The notes beneath the pieces are model-generated. The model did not search any database and had not been told where the DNA came from. It saw nothing but the letters and a program-made list of their open reading frames with translations. Position numbers and translations under genes: made by a program. A DNA stretch of 57,544 bases, counting the filler, from Squatina squatina (lineage: Eukaryota): NCBI GenBank assembly GCA_031763465.1. It is 3 parts of 3 records of this genome, joined end to end, with 100 filler letters (N's around TTAATTAATTAA, not from the genome) between each part and the next. Parts side by side here need not be neighbours in the genome. Positions count along the whole stretch, not along the records: positions 1 to 28,612 come from JARFOE010000203.1; 2 more parts are not named here. One strand, written 5' to 3'. Of this stretch, positions 1 through 12,975 are shown piece after piece; position 1 is the stretch's first letter, and each line of letters starts with the position of its first letter.

Positions 1-712
1 GGAGAAATATTGACACGTTTGTATTTTAAAAGCCTGTGGATTGTAGAAAGATGGGAAGACTTCGGGGGCGAGGAGTTCCACAGTCTTGATGCACTGGATT
101 GGAGTAGGAGATGGTGCAGCAAGTCAAAGGAAAAAGAGCAAGTAGGACGCTATATTAGTAGTTTAAGAGGAGCAAGTTCAAAGGAAACTCCTAGGATATC
201 TTCACTTGTCACACCTTCCATCACACAGGTGCGACTTTATCACTTGTGCATTATCTGGTCTCCCTCACTCGTGGAGTTGTTTCTCAGCCATGGCTCTAGC
301 TCTACGTGTTACAGTGTCTGATTAATCACAATGGGAGGCAGCAGATTGCTCCTGCTCCTCCATCTGTTCACCAGTTCCGCATGGCCCCTTGGCCAGATGT
401 ATACTGCAGTTAATTCTACAACAGACAGGAACAATTTGTGATGTTTAGCCATATGTTCTACATTTTAATTATCGCTTTCACTTCCAAAACTATTTTATCT
501 TAATTTCAGAGGGGAAAAATAAGATAACATGCAACATTTTTTTTTGCCACCAAATGCTTCCTTATTGTGGTCTGCCAAAAACCCTGACTGTGAGCGTAAC
601 AGGAATCCACCAACGGCTTAGATATGTAGAAGGAAGTCTTTTGATTTAGCTTCACATTTTAGGCCGCACTTCATCATGCACTAACCTCTAATGGGGAGAG
701 CAACCATTAGAA

Positions 713-923
713 AAGAAAGAAAGACTTGCATTTAAATAGTGCCTTTCACGACCACCGGATGTCTTAAAGCACTTTACAACCAATGAAGTACTTTTTTCTG
801 AAGTGTAGTCACTATTGTAATGTAGGAAGCAGGGCAGCCAATTTTTCACACAGCAAGCTCCCACAAACAGCAATGTGATAATGACCAGATAATCTGTTTT
901 AGTGATGTTGGTTGAGGGATAAA
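713..923 (-). repeat. DeuSINE (SacSINE1-like) SINE, 3' half
   Basis: Reverse-complement match to the 2855-3170 and 53945-54155 copies. Confidence 0.75.
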
Positions 924-2854
924 NNNNNNNNNNNNNNNNNNNNNNNNNNNNNNNNNNNNNNNNNNNNNNNNNNNNNNNNNNNNNNNNNNNNNNNNNNNNN
1001 NNNNNNNNNNNNNNNNNNNNNNNTAAAAGCCGTGCAAAGCCTTGTTCCAACTCACCCTTGCTACAATTGTTGTTTATAGATTAAAATTTATCATGAAATG
1101 ACACATTTGAAATAAGAAACACAAATATTTCCATAGACTGGCATAAATCCGTAGCATAACTGCAAGAAAGCGACCATTTCATTGATAAATGAGAAGGGAA
1201 GCTTTCCTTGTAATGCTCAGTGTTGAATTAGTTATAAGCATTGCTTTGAAATGTTTCCCTCTCACTGTCCGAATGTAACAGAACTGAGACAAAAACGGAC
1301 AGCAAAGCAAATGATTATCAATCACATGCAAATACTGTGCCTCCCCTCCCTGACAGAGGGATGATAATCCGATTCAATGAGGTTTGGAATGTAATTCATA
1401 ATCATACATCGCACATATTTCAGCATGAATCTCATTTGGTGCGAGGCATAAATCTATGTTTATGAATTATAGATGCCCTACATCATTCCAGACTCTCATA
1501 CTTACTTTCTTTCTTTATTAAAACTCGCTTGATATGGATTTTATTTCTCCCGTACTGTTCTGAAAACTGAAATGTAAAGCATTCAAGAATGCTGACGGAT
1601 GAGAAATGGCCTCTGGCTGCCAACATAGGCTCCCTCATTTGCCCCATCTCTCCCACCCTCCTTGCCTTCCCTGGGGTGTGTTGTCCATTTTCCATTTGTT
1701 TACTCCTGCCCTTTTATTTTAAGCATGTTTGTGGCCTGTGTTAAATATTGCCAATCAGAAAATAGGAATTGCTGGACAAAAGAAGACCAAGGCCCATCTC
1801 GTTCACATTCCACCATCCTGGTAGTCGCATGATCCAATGATAATGGAGTTGTTGACCAATCATATCAACCAATCTGTATCAATTAGTCAACAACATACCC
1901 AGATATAAGGCGAGGAAAACCCCCCAGTGGAGGAGAGCTTTGGGAACCGTTGGTCCAAAGTCAGCTGTTCCACCCGAGCATGCACCTACCAAAAAATACA
2001 CCCCATTCCATGGCCACCATGGACTAGTGACCTGCTCAAATATTTCTGCCAGCACCACTGTGACACCCTGTGGACTCCCCACCACCTCCTCCTGCCCTCA
2101 GGGAAGCTTCCCCTCTGCCAGCGACAGTCTCTCTGAATTTTGATTCCCCTCCCCCACTCTTGGGCTTGCCAGCTCCAGCAGCCACCCAACCGAGATAAGG
2201 AACTCGGCTGGTGAAGTGGTTGCAGGTGAACAAGTTTGACACTGTCACATGTTGCACCACAATGACTCCTGGCCTAAATCTGTTTCTTCCGCACATTTAC
2301 CATTAATGACCACAGTATAAAACCATTCGAGCACTATATTCAGGGTTGGGTGCCTCATTATAAGAATACATGGGCGCCCAATTCGTCCTTTTTTAGACAG
2401 CAGCTCCTTAGATCCGTTCCACAATTCGACTCCTGAAATAAACTAAGATAATTAGCACTAAGTAAGTGCCATTTAGCACAGAAATTAGGAGTTTTAAAGC
2501 CGTCTGAAACTTTTTTTTCAAAGTGTCAAATTGCAGGCCTTAAAGTGAAATTTCAAAGACCTGGGGCAGCCAATTTGTGGTCAACCTTCTAGCGTGAAAG
2601 TGGCGCCAAACTGGTGTTAAGNNNNNNNNNNNNNNNNNNNNNNNNNNNNNNNNNNNNNNNNNNNNNNNNNNNNNNNNNNNNNNNNNNNNNNNNNNNNNNN
2701 NNNNNNNNNNNNNNNNNNNNNATGATTCCATGGTGGTAACTAGAGAAAGATTTCTAGTTGGGCGAGATCAAAGATCAGATCTCTAACCCAAACAAGACCT
2801 GATGTAAGGCTGTCAGAGAGGGGAGGTTCCTCTGGCTCCATTTTCATGGCTTAA

Positions 2855-3170
2855 TTTGAAGTAATATTGAACCGAGGCTCCGTCTGCCCCCTCAGGTAGA
2901 TGCTTAAAACCCCATGGCACTATTTCGAAGAAGAGCAGGGGAGTTCTCCACTGTGTCCTGGCCAGTATTTATCCCTCAATCAGTAGCACGAAAAGCAGAT
3001 GATCTGGTCATTTGAACGTTGCAGTTTGTAGGAGCTTCCTGTGCACAAATTGTCTGCCATGTTTCCTACATTACAACAGCAAGTAAACTTCAAAAGTGCT
3101 AAATTCACTGTAAGGAGCTTTGGGACATCCTGAAGTTGTGAAAGGCGCTTTAGAAATGCAAGGTCTTTCT
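2855..3170 (+). repeat. DeuSINE (SacSINE1-like) SINE
   Basis: cccatggcactatttcgaagaagagcaggggagttctcc...tttatccctcaa...ggagctt.ctgtgcacaaatt...tttcctacattacaacag, ending in gaaaggcgct..agaaatgcaag. Recurs many times in the window. Confidence 0.75.
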
Positions 3171-3237
3171 TTGTGTCTTTTACTCAGCTTACAATCAATT
3201 CTTTTTAAGTGGAAAATGATTTTTTTATTTGTCTCAG

Positions 3238-3388
3238 GGAAGTTTCTTCCGTTTATATTATCCCTGTGAGGCTGGCTTGGATTCGAAGCAACCACTGTGG
3301 ATTCCCCGATACGAGTACTGCAGCGGACTTGCGGACTACCTGGAGAGGAGCAAGGGATGGTGCGCCCCTCTACTCAGCTATGCCTTCG
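3238..3388 (+). CDS. PAFAH2: Platelet-activating factor acetylhydrolase 2, single internal coding exon
   Basis: Flanked by ttttttatttgtctcAG and G|GTgaga. Encodes [50 protein letters not shown], matching recalled human PAFAH2 GSFFRLFYPC...[23 protein letters not shown]2 neighbours STMN1 in human. No other PAFAH2 exon was found in the window. Confidence 0.92.
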
Positions 3389-6300
3389 GTGAGAGAGCCT
3401 CAACAAAGCCAAAGGGATGCTGGGCCACATAACCAAAGCAGCAGAGCAGAGGTTCCCGAACTGTGAGACATGCCCGTCGTGGAGATGGGGCACATCGAGG
3501 GAGCGTGTCGGGGGTTATCGAAATGGCGGGGGGGTGGGGTTGCGCCAGGACGTCAGATTGCCAAAAAACGAGAGCCACCAATGCTGCCGTGCGTAGCCAG
3601 GGAAGGTGCATTATATGGCGCACTTGGCATGTTCTAGCAGTGGCCGTTGGACCAATCAGAGCCATTTATCTCTTGCTGTTTGTGGGAGCTTGCTGCGTGC
3701 AAATTGGCAGTTGCGTTTCCTATATTACAGCAGTGACTGCACTTCAAAAGTATTTCACTGGCTGTGAAGCATGTTGGGATGCCCTGAGGTCTTTTATAGT
3801 GCTGCACTGTGGAATAATGGAACTTGGGTCTGTATTATAAAAAATATATGAAAGGTTTAATAGTTAACATAAGTATGGCCCATGTGATGTGGAATAGTTT
3901 TGATTGCCTGAGGGGGATTAGAGAGGAATTTTCCCATGGTTTTTTTCCCCCCTTTCCCTTATTGGCCCTGGACATTTGTATAGCACTGTTAACATCATAA
4001 AACGTCCCAAGGCCTTTCTCAGGAGCGTTATCAAACAGAATTTGGCACCGAGACACAGAGATTTTACAACAGGTAACCATAAGCTTGGTCAAAGACGTAG
4101 ATTTTAAGCAGTGTTTTAAAGGAGAGAGAGGTGGAGGGAGGGAGCTCAGGGGCTGAGGGGGTCAGAATTGGAGGAGCGCAGAGCTCTCGAGAGTTGTATG
4201 GCTGGAGAAGGTTAGAGATGAGGAGGGAGTAAGGCCATGGAGGGATTTGAACACCAGGATGACCATTTTAAATTTGAGGCGTTGCCGGACCGAACATGGG
4301 TGATGGGTAAACGGGACTTGGAGCGAGTCAGGGTACGGGCAGCAGAGCTTCTACATCACTATCAATTGTTGATTGGTTCGTTAATGTTCTGATGGAGCTC
4401 ATTGACTATTAAAAAATCGAACAATCATTTACATATTTCTCAATGGGGACTGTGTTAAAACAACACCAGCTTTTAATGTATAATGTTCATAATTTTAGAC
4501 TTTTATAACTCTGCACTTTTTTATTCTTGTGAACAGAATGAAAGACAGCTCGCTAGCATGAAAGAGACTTCGCATTAATTACTTTGGAGAAGTGAAACCA
4601 TCTTTTCATTTAAAAACTGAGCACCAGAAATGTGGATTCTTGTTTCAGGAGTAAATGATGAACTACCATATTGTGTTCTGAAGGTCAATACTGGCCATGC
4701 ATGTCTCCTTTTTGTTCATGTGAAATTCCTTTCGAGTGTGAAAATAATACGCATGCAATGTTATTTCTGTATGATTAGACTAATTCTCAAATACAAGAAT
4801 AAATGATTATTAAGCAACATAGCATTTCTTTTTTGTGAACTCCAAATAAATTGTTTAGAAAATACTTTGTTTTCCCACAAGGAACAACCAAGGAATAAAT
4901 CTGGGGGCTTTATCCATTGACCCTTAAGAGATTTACTAAACCATCTTGTCATCTAATGCTCTCCTTCCTGTGTAAAACATCCTACACGCACAATTAAAAA
5001 ATCATGTAATTTGTACTCAATAAAAAAAATCTGATGGGAGGGAAAAACAAGGCATTGGACTTTAATCCCCAACATATAATCAGTACCAGCAATTTCATAA
5101 ATGAATTTCAGACAATGCAGGAATTAATTTGCTATTATAGAAACAGAATTTTGAAGCAGCCATTTTAAAAACAAACTTTGATTGCCTTTTCATATGTTTA
5201 CACACACACCTCCCATAGCACTGCTCATGATAAGTCAGACGATACAATGTTGTGTCCTTCATTCATTCTCGGAATGTGGGCATCGCTGGCAAGGCTGGAA
5301 TTTGTTGTCCATCCCTAGTTGCCCTTGAGAAGATGGTGGTGTTTTTCTTTTTCTTGAAATGTTGCAGTCAGTGTGGTGAGGGTGCCCCTACAATGTTGTT
5401 GCATAGAGAGTTTCAAGATTTTGACCCAATCAGTTCCAGGGAGCGCTGCTTTCACATTGCCCTGTTTCTGCCTGGCTGGAACTCTACATCTGGCCCAGGA
5501 AAGCGCTGTATACAGGTCAAGCTCGCTGCTAAAACTATAAACAGAAAGAAAAGAGGTTCTCCTGACTTCACAGAACTTTAAAAAATGGACCTTGTGGAAA
5601 ACTCAGCAGCAGTGTCAGCAGTAGCTTAGTTGTTAGTATGCTTGCCTTTGGGTCAGAACATTATGGGTTCAAACCCCACTATGGGCTTCAACATAAGTGC
5701 ATAGCCAATGCTTTGTTCAGTTACAGCTTTACACCAATAGCATATTCTTTACATTGATATTCTATAAGATAATAATTTGATCAACAACTAATATTGCCAT
5801 AATTCTTGATGCAGTAACATGAGGTATAGTGGTACATTGAACTGCCAATGCTCACAATTTCTCTAATGATTTTATACGCTTGCCTCAATTAGGGCAGAAG
5901 GGAAGGAGAGACACTTGTGTCTCTCTTTCTGCACTTACTATCCTCGCAAAAGAGTGTTTTGTCAATATTGTTAACATTTGCTTACCATAAGATTTTATAA
6001 TTATGTCTGAGTCTCAGTTCCCCGAACCAATGGATCAGTTCTCTTAACCAATCCATTGGTTCCCTTAACCAATTAATCCTTCTGAGCAGGCACCATCACA
6101 CACTCCACCACTCCGAGGCACCAGCACAGAGATTGGCATTGCGGCTGGGTTAGAGAGTGAGGCAAAGGGACCAACATGTGGAGATGCACCTAGGACGAGT
6201 GCATAGGAGCAGGTAATTGTGGCAGGGACAGCCCACGAGAGCTGCTGGAGGATGATGTCCTCCCCAGCTCTGCTGAGGAGGATGGAGAAGCGGATTTCAG

Positions 6301-6727
6301 GAGCCCACAAATGAGAAGAAAACAGCCTGCTTCCCACAAGCNNNNNNNNNNNNNNNNNNNNNNNNNNNNNNNNNNNNNNNNNNNNNNNNNNNNNNNNNNN
6401 NNNNNNNNNNNNNNNNNNNNNNNNNNNNNNNNNNNNNNNNNCCTGGACCTGCACCTAAAGTGCTGTAAGCTGCAGGGCTACGGACCGGGTGCTGGAAGGT
6501 GGGATTAGAATGGGTACTGAGTTGTTCTTCGAGCCGGCACGGACATGATGGGCCGAATGGCCCCCTTCTGTGCTGTATCTTTTCTATGGTTCTAAAAGTA
6601 TCTGGGGATTATCTTTGCTTTCCAATTTAATTGTATTGTGTGCTTGTGTAAATTTGAAATATCTGTGTTCTATTAATTCTAGGAATAGGCAAGATTATTG
6701 TAGACATTAAATTTTCTGTTGTTGCAG

Positions 6728-7370
6728 GAGTCGAAAACTGCTGAAGCAGATATCTGCATGGTGTCGACCTACGTCTAGCAGAGGTCAGCAGACCCAACAG
6801 TGCAGACGGTCTGTGCAGCTGCAGATGACAACCGATGCTGTGAAGTCTATCGTCTGCTCCTATCCCCGGTTCCTTGTCTGGGTCAGGCTGTCATTGCTGA
6901 AGAAAGGCAGCCCCGTTGCTAACGCGACTATCTGTATTCCTTCCAAAGAGGACCTCCAACTTATGGTGTCAGATCCTAACTGTTGTGGCCCTCAAGAACC
7001 AAAACACAGAGACCCCTTCAAACGCCAGTGCAAAACCTTGAAGGGCAAGAAGAAAAGGTCTTTACCGCAAGATCTAGAAACTGGTTCTGGAGATTTGGGA
7101 ATAAAATCAGTTTCCAATTATAGAATGGATTTAATTCGAGGGTTGTGGCCCGACCAACTGCAAGGTGTGACATCCCACTGCTCCAGACTTACAATTGGAT
7201 ATGTGAGCCAAGGGGATTTTTCATTGACTGTGGGCTGCGGAGAAGCCCTGGGGTTTGTCAGTTTGTTGGGACTTCTGCATATGGTGTCCAACCAGCCAGC
7301 AGACAAGCGTGGTCTTGTGCTTGTAAGGAACCCCGCTTCCCTGCAGTATCGATTAGCTAAGATAAATATT
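6728..7370 (+). CDS. POP1: POP1 (RNase P/MRP subunit) last coding exon; final codons and stop lost in a 10-N gap
   Basis: Acceptor ttttctgttgttgcAG. Frame reads SRKLLKQISAWC...LVWVRLSLLKKGSP...CGPQEPKHRDPFK...GDFSLTVGCGEALGFVSLLGLL...PASLQYRLAKINI, matching the recalled human POP1 C-terminus (SRKLLKQLSAWC...QGDFSMAVGCGEALGFVSL...PASLQYRFARIAIEV). Confidence 0.92.
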
Positions 7371-7882
7371 NNNNNNNNNNAAAAAGACGCCCGGCTCTGA
7401 TGCAAATTTCAGATGGTCCGATTTAAAAACAGTATCTCGAAGCACGTATGTTTACATTTTCTTTCAAAAGACTAGTTTTTTTTTAATAAGTGGTACAATC
7501 CAGTTGAGTTGGGCTTGAATTCTGTTGAAGAACAGAGGAATCTAGAATTAATTCTATAATCATTTAATCAGAGATGTCTCTATTGACCAGATTTTTTTTT
7601 TCCCCTCTTGGCAATAGGATTTCACCTAATAGTCCATGTGCTGTACACACTGGGGCTACTTGGAACTATGGGAAAAATATCCAGTGGGTTGTCTGGAGAC
7701 CATGAGCTATATAATCAGGAGTTCCTGCTGGTTATAGGACTATAGGAGCAGCTTGGATATTGTGCATAGCATATTGTATGCAACCATTTACATTTAATGT
7801 TAATGCAAAAAGTAATCTTGGACACTTGACTTGCAATGCAGTCTTTTGTAGTTAATATTTATATTTATCCTTTGTTCTTCAG

Positions 7883-8074
7883 TCACATGAAGCAGAAGTG
7901 TTGAAGCAGTTGGCTGAAAAACGAGAGCATGAAAAGGAAGTACTTCAGAAAGCTATTGAAGAAAAGAACAATTTCAGGAAAATGACAGAAGAGAAACTGA
8001 CCACCAAGATGGAAGCCAACAAAGAGAACCGTGAAGCCCAACTAGCAGCCAAACTGGAGCGCTTACGAGAGAAG
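7883..8074 (+). CDS. STMN1: Stathmin-1-like gene A, internal 192-nt coding exon
   Basis: ttcttcAG acceptor, AAG|GTaatc donor, phase 0/0. Encodes [64 protein letters not shown], nearly identical to the human stathmin helix. Confidence 0.93.
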
Positions 8075-9129
8075 GTAATCATAGAATGGTTACAGCACAG
8101 GAGATGACCATTTAGCCCTATGCCAGCTCTGCAAGAGCAATTCAGCTAGTCTCAGTCCTTTTTTTCCCTTTTGAGTACTTATCCAATTCCCCTCTGAAAG
8201 CCACAAGAACCCCACCTTCCCTCTTAATGTGGAGCGCTCGAGGCTGTGCATAGCAAGTCCCATGTCTGCTAAACAGACTTGACTTGAGATGACTAAACTT
8301 GGCATAGACTAAGGCTTGAACCTGGGACAATTGCAAACATAATCTGGCTGACTAGTGTTTCCTTTTTAAAAATCTCTAACTTGCAAATAAGTCACCATGG
8401 GAGAAACACCCTGGCTCTGCTGCTTCAGTCTTGTTGTAGACTGAAGTTATTTTAAATGAAATGGTATTTCCACCTTTACTGTTGATACTGGGGTCATGTC
8501 GCAGGTATCAACCTGGAAGGTGATATTCATGAATACAGGAAACTAGCAAACGTGCTGCCTGGTTTGCATCTTCAAACACTCATCCGAACCTTCAGCCATG
8601 AGAAGATGGGCGACACCAACCTCATCCTCGCCAAACTACTTTGAGCCATCGTATTCCAAGTTTCCACCCTTTGATAAGTAAGCCCATTGGTTTACCATGA
8701 CTGGCGGAGCAGGCTCGAGGGGCCGAATGGCCTATTTCTTATGTCCTGAGGTGTCAATCTTACTCACCAAAAGCACATATCAGAAAATCACAGGCTCAAC
8801 CCCTACGATTTTCCATTCATTGTCGCCACATTAGATTGCAGGATATCCCAGGATTTTCACTGGTATTTTGCAGATTATGCCCTTGATTTTGTTTTTCTGT
8901 GAACCAAAAACTAGTGGCATTGAATACAAGTAACATTCAAGATTAGATTGGATATGTGGATGAAGGAAAAGCTTTAGGGGAACAAGTGGGTAAATGTAAT
9001 TAGATGTATTTGCTCACTTGGAGGGTAAATGGCAGCATGGACTAGTTGGATCGAATTGAAACTTATTTGTATTTCTGTGTAAATAATTGAACTTAATGTG
9101 AAGCTATGTTAATCATAGCAGTTTACTTT

Positions 9130-9729
9130 GGCCTGGATTTTGAGGTCAGCTCACTGCTGACCTCACAAAGCTGCCCACAAAGATCTAGCTTTTTTTTCTC
9201 CTCCTGTGGCATTGATTTAATCTCTTCTGACGTTAATGTGAATCTGACGCCAAGTCCAGAGGATCCAGAGGTGTCATCAAGCTGGCTAAGCAGCCAATCA
9301 CATTGGAAAATTTCTCAGACAGCAAACCAGGAAGTAAAATGCACTGATTTACCTTTTTTACTTTTTAATCATTTTACAGTGAGTGAAATAAAGATTGGGA
9401 CATACACATTGGATTAAGGTAGAAGCTGAAATATCAAACTTTAAAAATGTTGAAAACCATAGAATTTTTATCATAATGGAAACATTTGACATTCCACAAA
9501 TATAAAATTAGTTTTTCAGGGCCAGAACGGTTGTTAAGCAGTAGTAATGACTCTGTATGCCATTTTAAAAACCCAGTTACACCTCATTCAACAAGGCTTA
9601 ACTTTTTTTCAGCAATTTTTAACAGCAATATTCTTGACTCCATAAGTTGCTGTTGCTGTCACGTTCACCGTTTATAATGATGGTGAACACTGACAGTTTT
9701 GCCGTCATTACAATTGCAAATTCCGGGCC
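9130..9729. mobile_element. 600-bp MITE (Harbinger-type) in the stathmin A intron
   Basis: Ends GGCCTGGATTTTG / CAAATTCCGGGCC are imperfect TIRs, and both sides are flanked by TTT (3-bp TSD). Confidence 0.7.
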
Positions 9730-10071
9730 TTTGTAGTGAGTGGAATGATTTTGTAAATGGGAAATGTGCACCTACAGTAGAATGTAATCTTGCCCNNNNN
9801 NNNNNNNNNNNNNNNNNNNNNNNNNNNNNNNNNNNNNNNNNNNNNNNNNNNNNNNNNNNNNNNNNNNNNNNNNNNNNNNNNNNNNNNNNNNNNNNTATTT
9901 TAAAAACTAACCACAATGTGTCAAATTACAAATGTAGTGGGTCTTGAACCTGTAACAATCTGACTAGCAAGAGTACTACCAACTGAGACTAACATTTGTT
10001 TTCTGGAAGAATTGTAAAGACTAATTGATCCTTGGGCTGTTTGTAATTTTGAAAACTCTTGCTTTTTTTAG

Positions 10072-10128
10072 GAAAAGCGGATGGAAGATGTGAGGAAGAG
10101 TAAAGAGATCAAAGAAACTGAAGACTAA
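10072..10128 (+). CDS. STMN1: Stathmin-1-like gene A, last coding exon
   Basis: gctttttttAG acceptor, then EKRMEDVRKSKEIKETED-TAA, in phase with the 7883-8074 exon. Corresponds to human DKHIEEVRKNKESKD. Confidence 0.88.
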   Translation, partial: EKRMEDVRKSKEIKETED

Positions 10129-10525
10129 TTCTTGACCTTGTCCTCCCTTTTTGTTTGGAATTTGAGGGTTTTTCAAACATCCAAAGATGTGTTTTTTTTA
10201 TGGCCAGTGTGTTAATTGAAACTTACATTTGTAATAATGCTATTAGCGTGCAACTGAGAGCCAAAAAGCTGATCAGAGGACAAGGAGGGAAGGCTTGTAT
10301 TTTGTATGCTTTCCATCTTTTGTAAGCATTCTTACAGTTTTTTTCCTGATGTAGATACTTGGAGCTCCTGCATCTTTTTTTTTCTACTAGTAGTGAATTG
10401 AATGGGATTGCTGGTTCAGGTTAGTCCTTTGTGATGTGTAATTCCAGCATGCTTTACTGATACACATTTAGTCTACAAGTGTAACTGTATAAACCTGCCT
10501 AACCTGTTGCACCTGCCTTGACTTC

Positions 10526-10531
10526 AATAAA
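10526..10531 (+). promoter_or_regulatory. Polyadenylation signal of stathmin gene A
   Basis: AATAAA about 400 nt after the stop codon, followed by a GT/T-rich tract (ggtttctttttt). Confidence 0.6.
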
Positions 10532-11699
10532 ACTGCACAATTGCTATTGGTTTCTTTTTTTAAACATCCAGGGAGGAGCAGAGCCTTAGTGGTTTGAGTT
10601 TGTACCCAAGGTCACCAAACTGCAGGATTAGTTGTGCTGTTAATTATGTTTGTGGCATTCAGTGTCTAATGAAAATGCTGGTCCAGTATTTCCCTGAGCA
10701 TTTTCATGAAATGGCAACAGGAACATGTAGTCAGGCATTGTAATCAGCTAGCTGGGTCTCTTGGGAGTGAGGTTAGCCCTCTACTTCAACTGGATCATGA
10801 GATTGGCAACTCCTGGGTCCATTGTAGTTGCTGCCACAAATGGAAATGGGGTTGAGCAATAGCTTCCTGCATTGTCCTTACAATATCAATGGTTTTCTCT
10901 TGAAAAATTGAAGTGTATAACTTCACTATAAAGGAAAACCGGGCTCTTGACATCTTCTATTTAATAGCAGGATGCTCATGAAAAGCTGGTTTCAAGCAGT
11001 TCATTGTTAGTCACTTTTTATTTCATCTGCAATGGAAACCCTTGTTTAAAAGGGAATGATTTCCTCTTACCAAGACCAGTCATTTGCTGCAGCGGAATAA
11101 ACTTTAACAGCCTTTCATCGCCAGATGAGGATGTCACACTAATAACGCAGGAGAAAATACATGGGCAAACTCGAAACATCATCATGTAAGGGCTTTTAAA
11201 ATGAAGTTCAATTAGAAAAATGTCATTTATGCTTTTGCTTGTGATTAATAGAAGGGGAGTGTCGTGAGTTCGCTCTCTGCTGTCAAGTTGATGCTGATCT
11301 CCAAACCCGAATTCCAGTTTCAGCGTTCAGAGTTGGTACTGCCTCGGAATAGGAGGCACCAAAGCAGAATTGTGCGTACTTCATCGCTGCTGTTGTCCCC
11401 TCAGTGAATGAATGTTATAGTCAGAGAGAACGTTAACTTTATAAGTTCATTTACAATCAGACGTAGAGAGTGTACTAAAGCAAAATACTGCGGATGNNNN
11501 NNNNNNNNNNNNNNNNNNNNNNNNNNNNNNNNNNNNNNNNNNNNNNNNNNNNNNNNNNNNNNNNNNNNNNNNNNNNNNNNNNNNNNNNNNNNNNNNGAGT
11601 GACCGGGCTGCCATCATCGCACAGCAAGACTCCAGGTTGAGGAGCAAACAGAGTGTGCGAACTACACCCAGCATCCGCATCTTTTTGGTTGATAGTTAC

Positions 11700-12000
11700 A
11701 ATTTCCACTTCACTACTTATTGTATGGAAAAAGTGCTTCCTGATTTCACTCCTGAATAGCCTAACTCTAATTTTAAGATTCAGCACCCTTGTTCTGGATC
11801 CCCCCATCAGAGGAAGTAGTTTGTTTACATCTAAAATGGTAAAGGGATTCAATAGAGTAAACACTTCAATTAGATGACCACTCAACCTTCTAAACTCAAG
11901 GGACTGCAAGTCAAGTTTATGCAACCGGTCCTTTGAGCCTGGTGAATTTGCACTGTACCCATTCCAAGGCCAAATACATCTTTCTTGAGGTTCGGTGCCC
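11700..12000 (-). mobile_element. CR1 LINE 3' fragment
   Basis: DRLHKLDLQSLEFRRLSGHLIEVF...SRTR..NLKIR...FRSEIRKHFF. Confidence 0.8.
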
Positions 12001-12209
12001 TTTGTTATAAATTTAACATTTAATTCATATAGCATTATGCCATCGCACATTTTATTAACTTTTAAGTTATATCTGAAAACCCTGACCGCAATCTTGTTAT
12101 CTGACCCGCACAATCAATGCATTTAGGAACTATGTACCTGGAGATTGATAGACTTAGACTAACTGCTGCCAAGCCATATTTTTTTTTAAAAATGTACCTC
12201 TTATTTCAG

Positions 12210-12285
12210 ATATTAAGGTAAAAGAACTAGACAAGCGTTCTTCAGGCCAAGCTTTTGAGATCATTCTGAGCCCCACAGCTGAAAC
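12210..12285 (+). CDS. STMN1: Stathmin-1 N-terminal coding exon, truncated by a gap; belongs to a second paralogue or is a misordered exon of gene A
   Basis: ctcttatttcAG acceptor, phase 1. Encodes (D)[25 protein letters not shown], versus human [22 protein letters not shown]. Confidence 0.88.
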
Positions 12286-12385
12286 NNNNNNNNNNNNNNN
12301 NNNNNNNNNNNNNNNNNNNNNNNNNNNNNNNNNNNNNNNNNNNNNNNNNNNNNNNNNNNNNNNNNNNNNNNNNNNNNNNNNNNNN

Positions 12386-12559
12386 GCGCACGTGCAGTTC
12401 TGGCGAAAAACGGACAGCACAGTTCCGCCAGAGAACGGACTGTGCATGTTCAGTTCAGGCGAGGAACTGGCTGTGCATGCTCAGTTCGGCTGAAGAATGG
12501 ACTGCGTGCACACAGCCTGACTGTCCCCGGTTTGGAGCTCTGCCGATCTGGTCGCCCTA
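12386..12559 (-). mobile_element. hAT (Blackjack-like) non-autonomous element end with ~30-bp internal tandem repeats
   Basis: Minus strand begins TAGGGCGACCAGAT...CCAAACCGGGGACA, resembling the TAGGGTGACCA TIR of hAT-Blackjack. Internal units such as ctgtgcatgytcagttc are repeated. Confidence 0.55.
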
Positions 12560-12975
12560 GGTATGGTCAGAACAAAACATTAAGAAACATGGAGTTCTGT
12601 ACTCTAATATGATTAAACCAAAGTTTTACCAGGGTCATATAATGTAGATCCAAGATTCTTATGAGTGTAAGCAGTGATTGTTTTAAATCCACATTTACAG
12701 ACAATACCCATTGCAAAAGGGGAAACACATTGAAAACATGGCAGCACACATTGGAAAGCAGTACCATCAATATGGAGAGGTCTATTTTCTGGAATACTCC
12801 AACCTTGGAGGTTGTCAAACATTATTTACATTCCTTCCACCCCACCACACCCACACTTATTTAAAAAAAATGTTTTACTTCTCCCCTTCAACAGCTGTTA
12901 GGCGGAGGTTCTGCTCTTTACATTGAACATATTTCCTGTGGTGTCAAGTTTAGTTTCTGTGCCATTTTGTTGAAC

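Noticed and set aside
12386-12520. ~30-bp periodic repeats resembling a CRISPR-like array
   Set aside because: Degenerate head-to-tail units without unique spacers, inside a hAT-like transposon end in a vertebrate genome.
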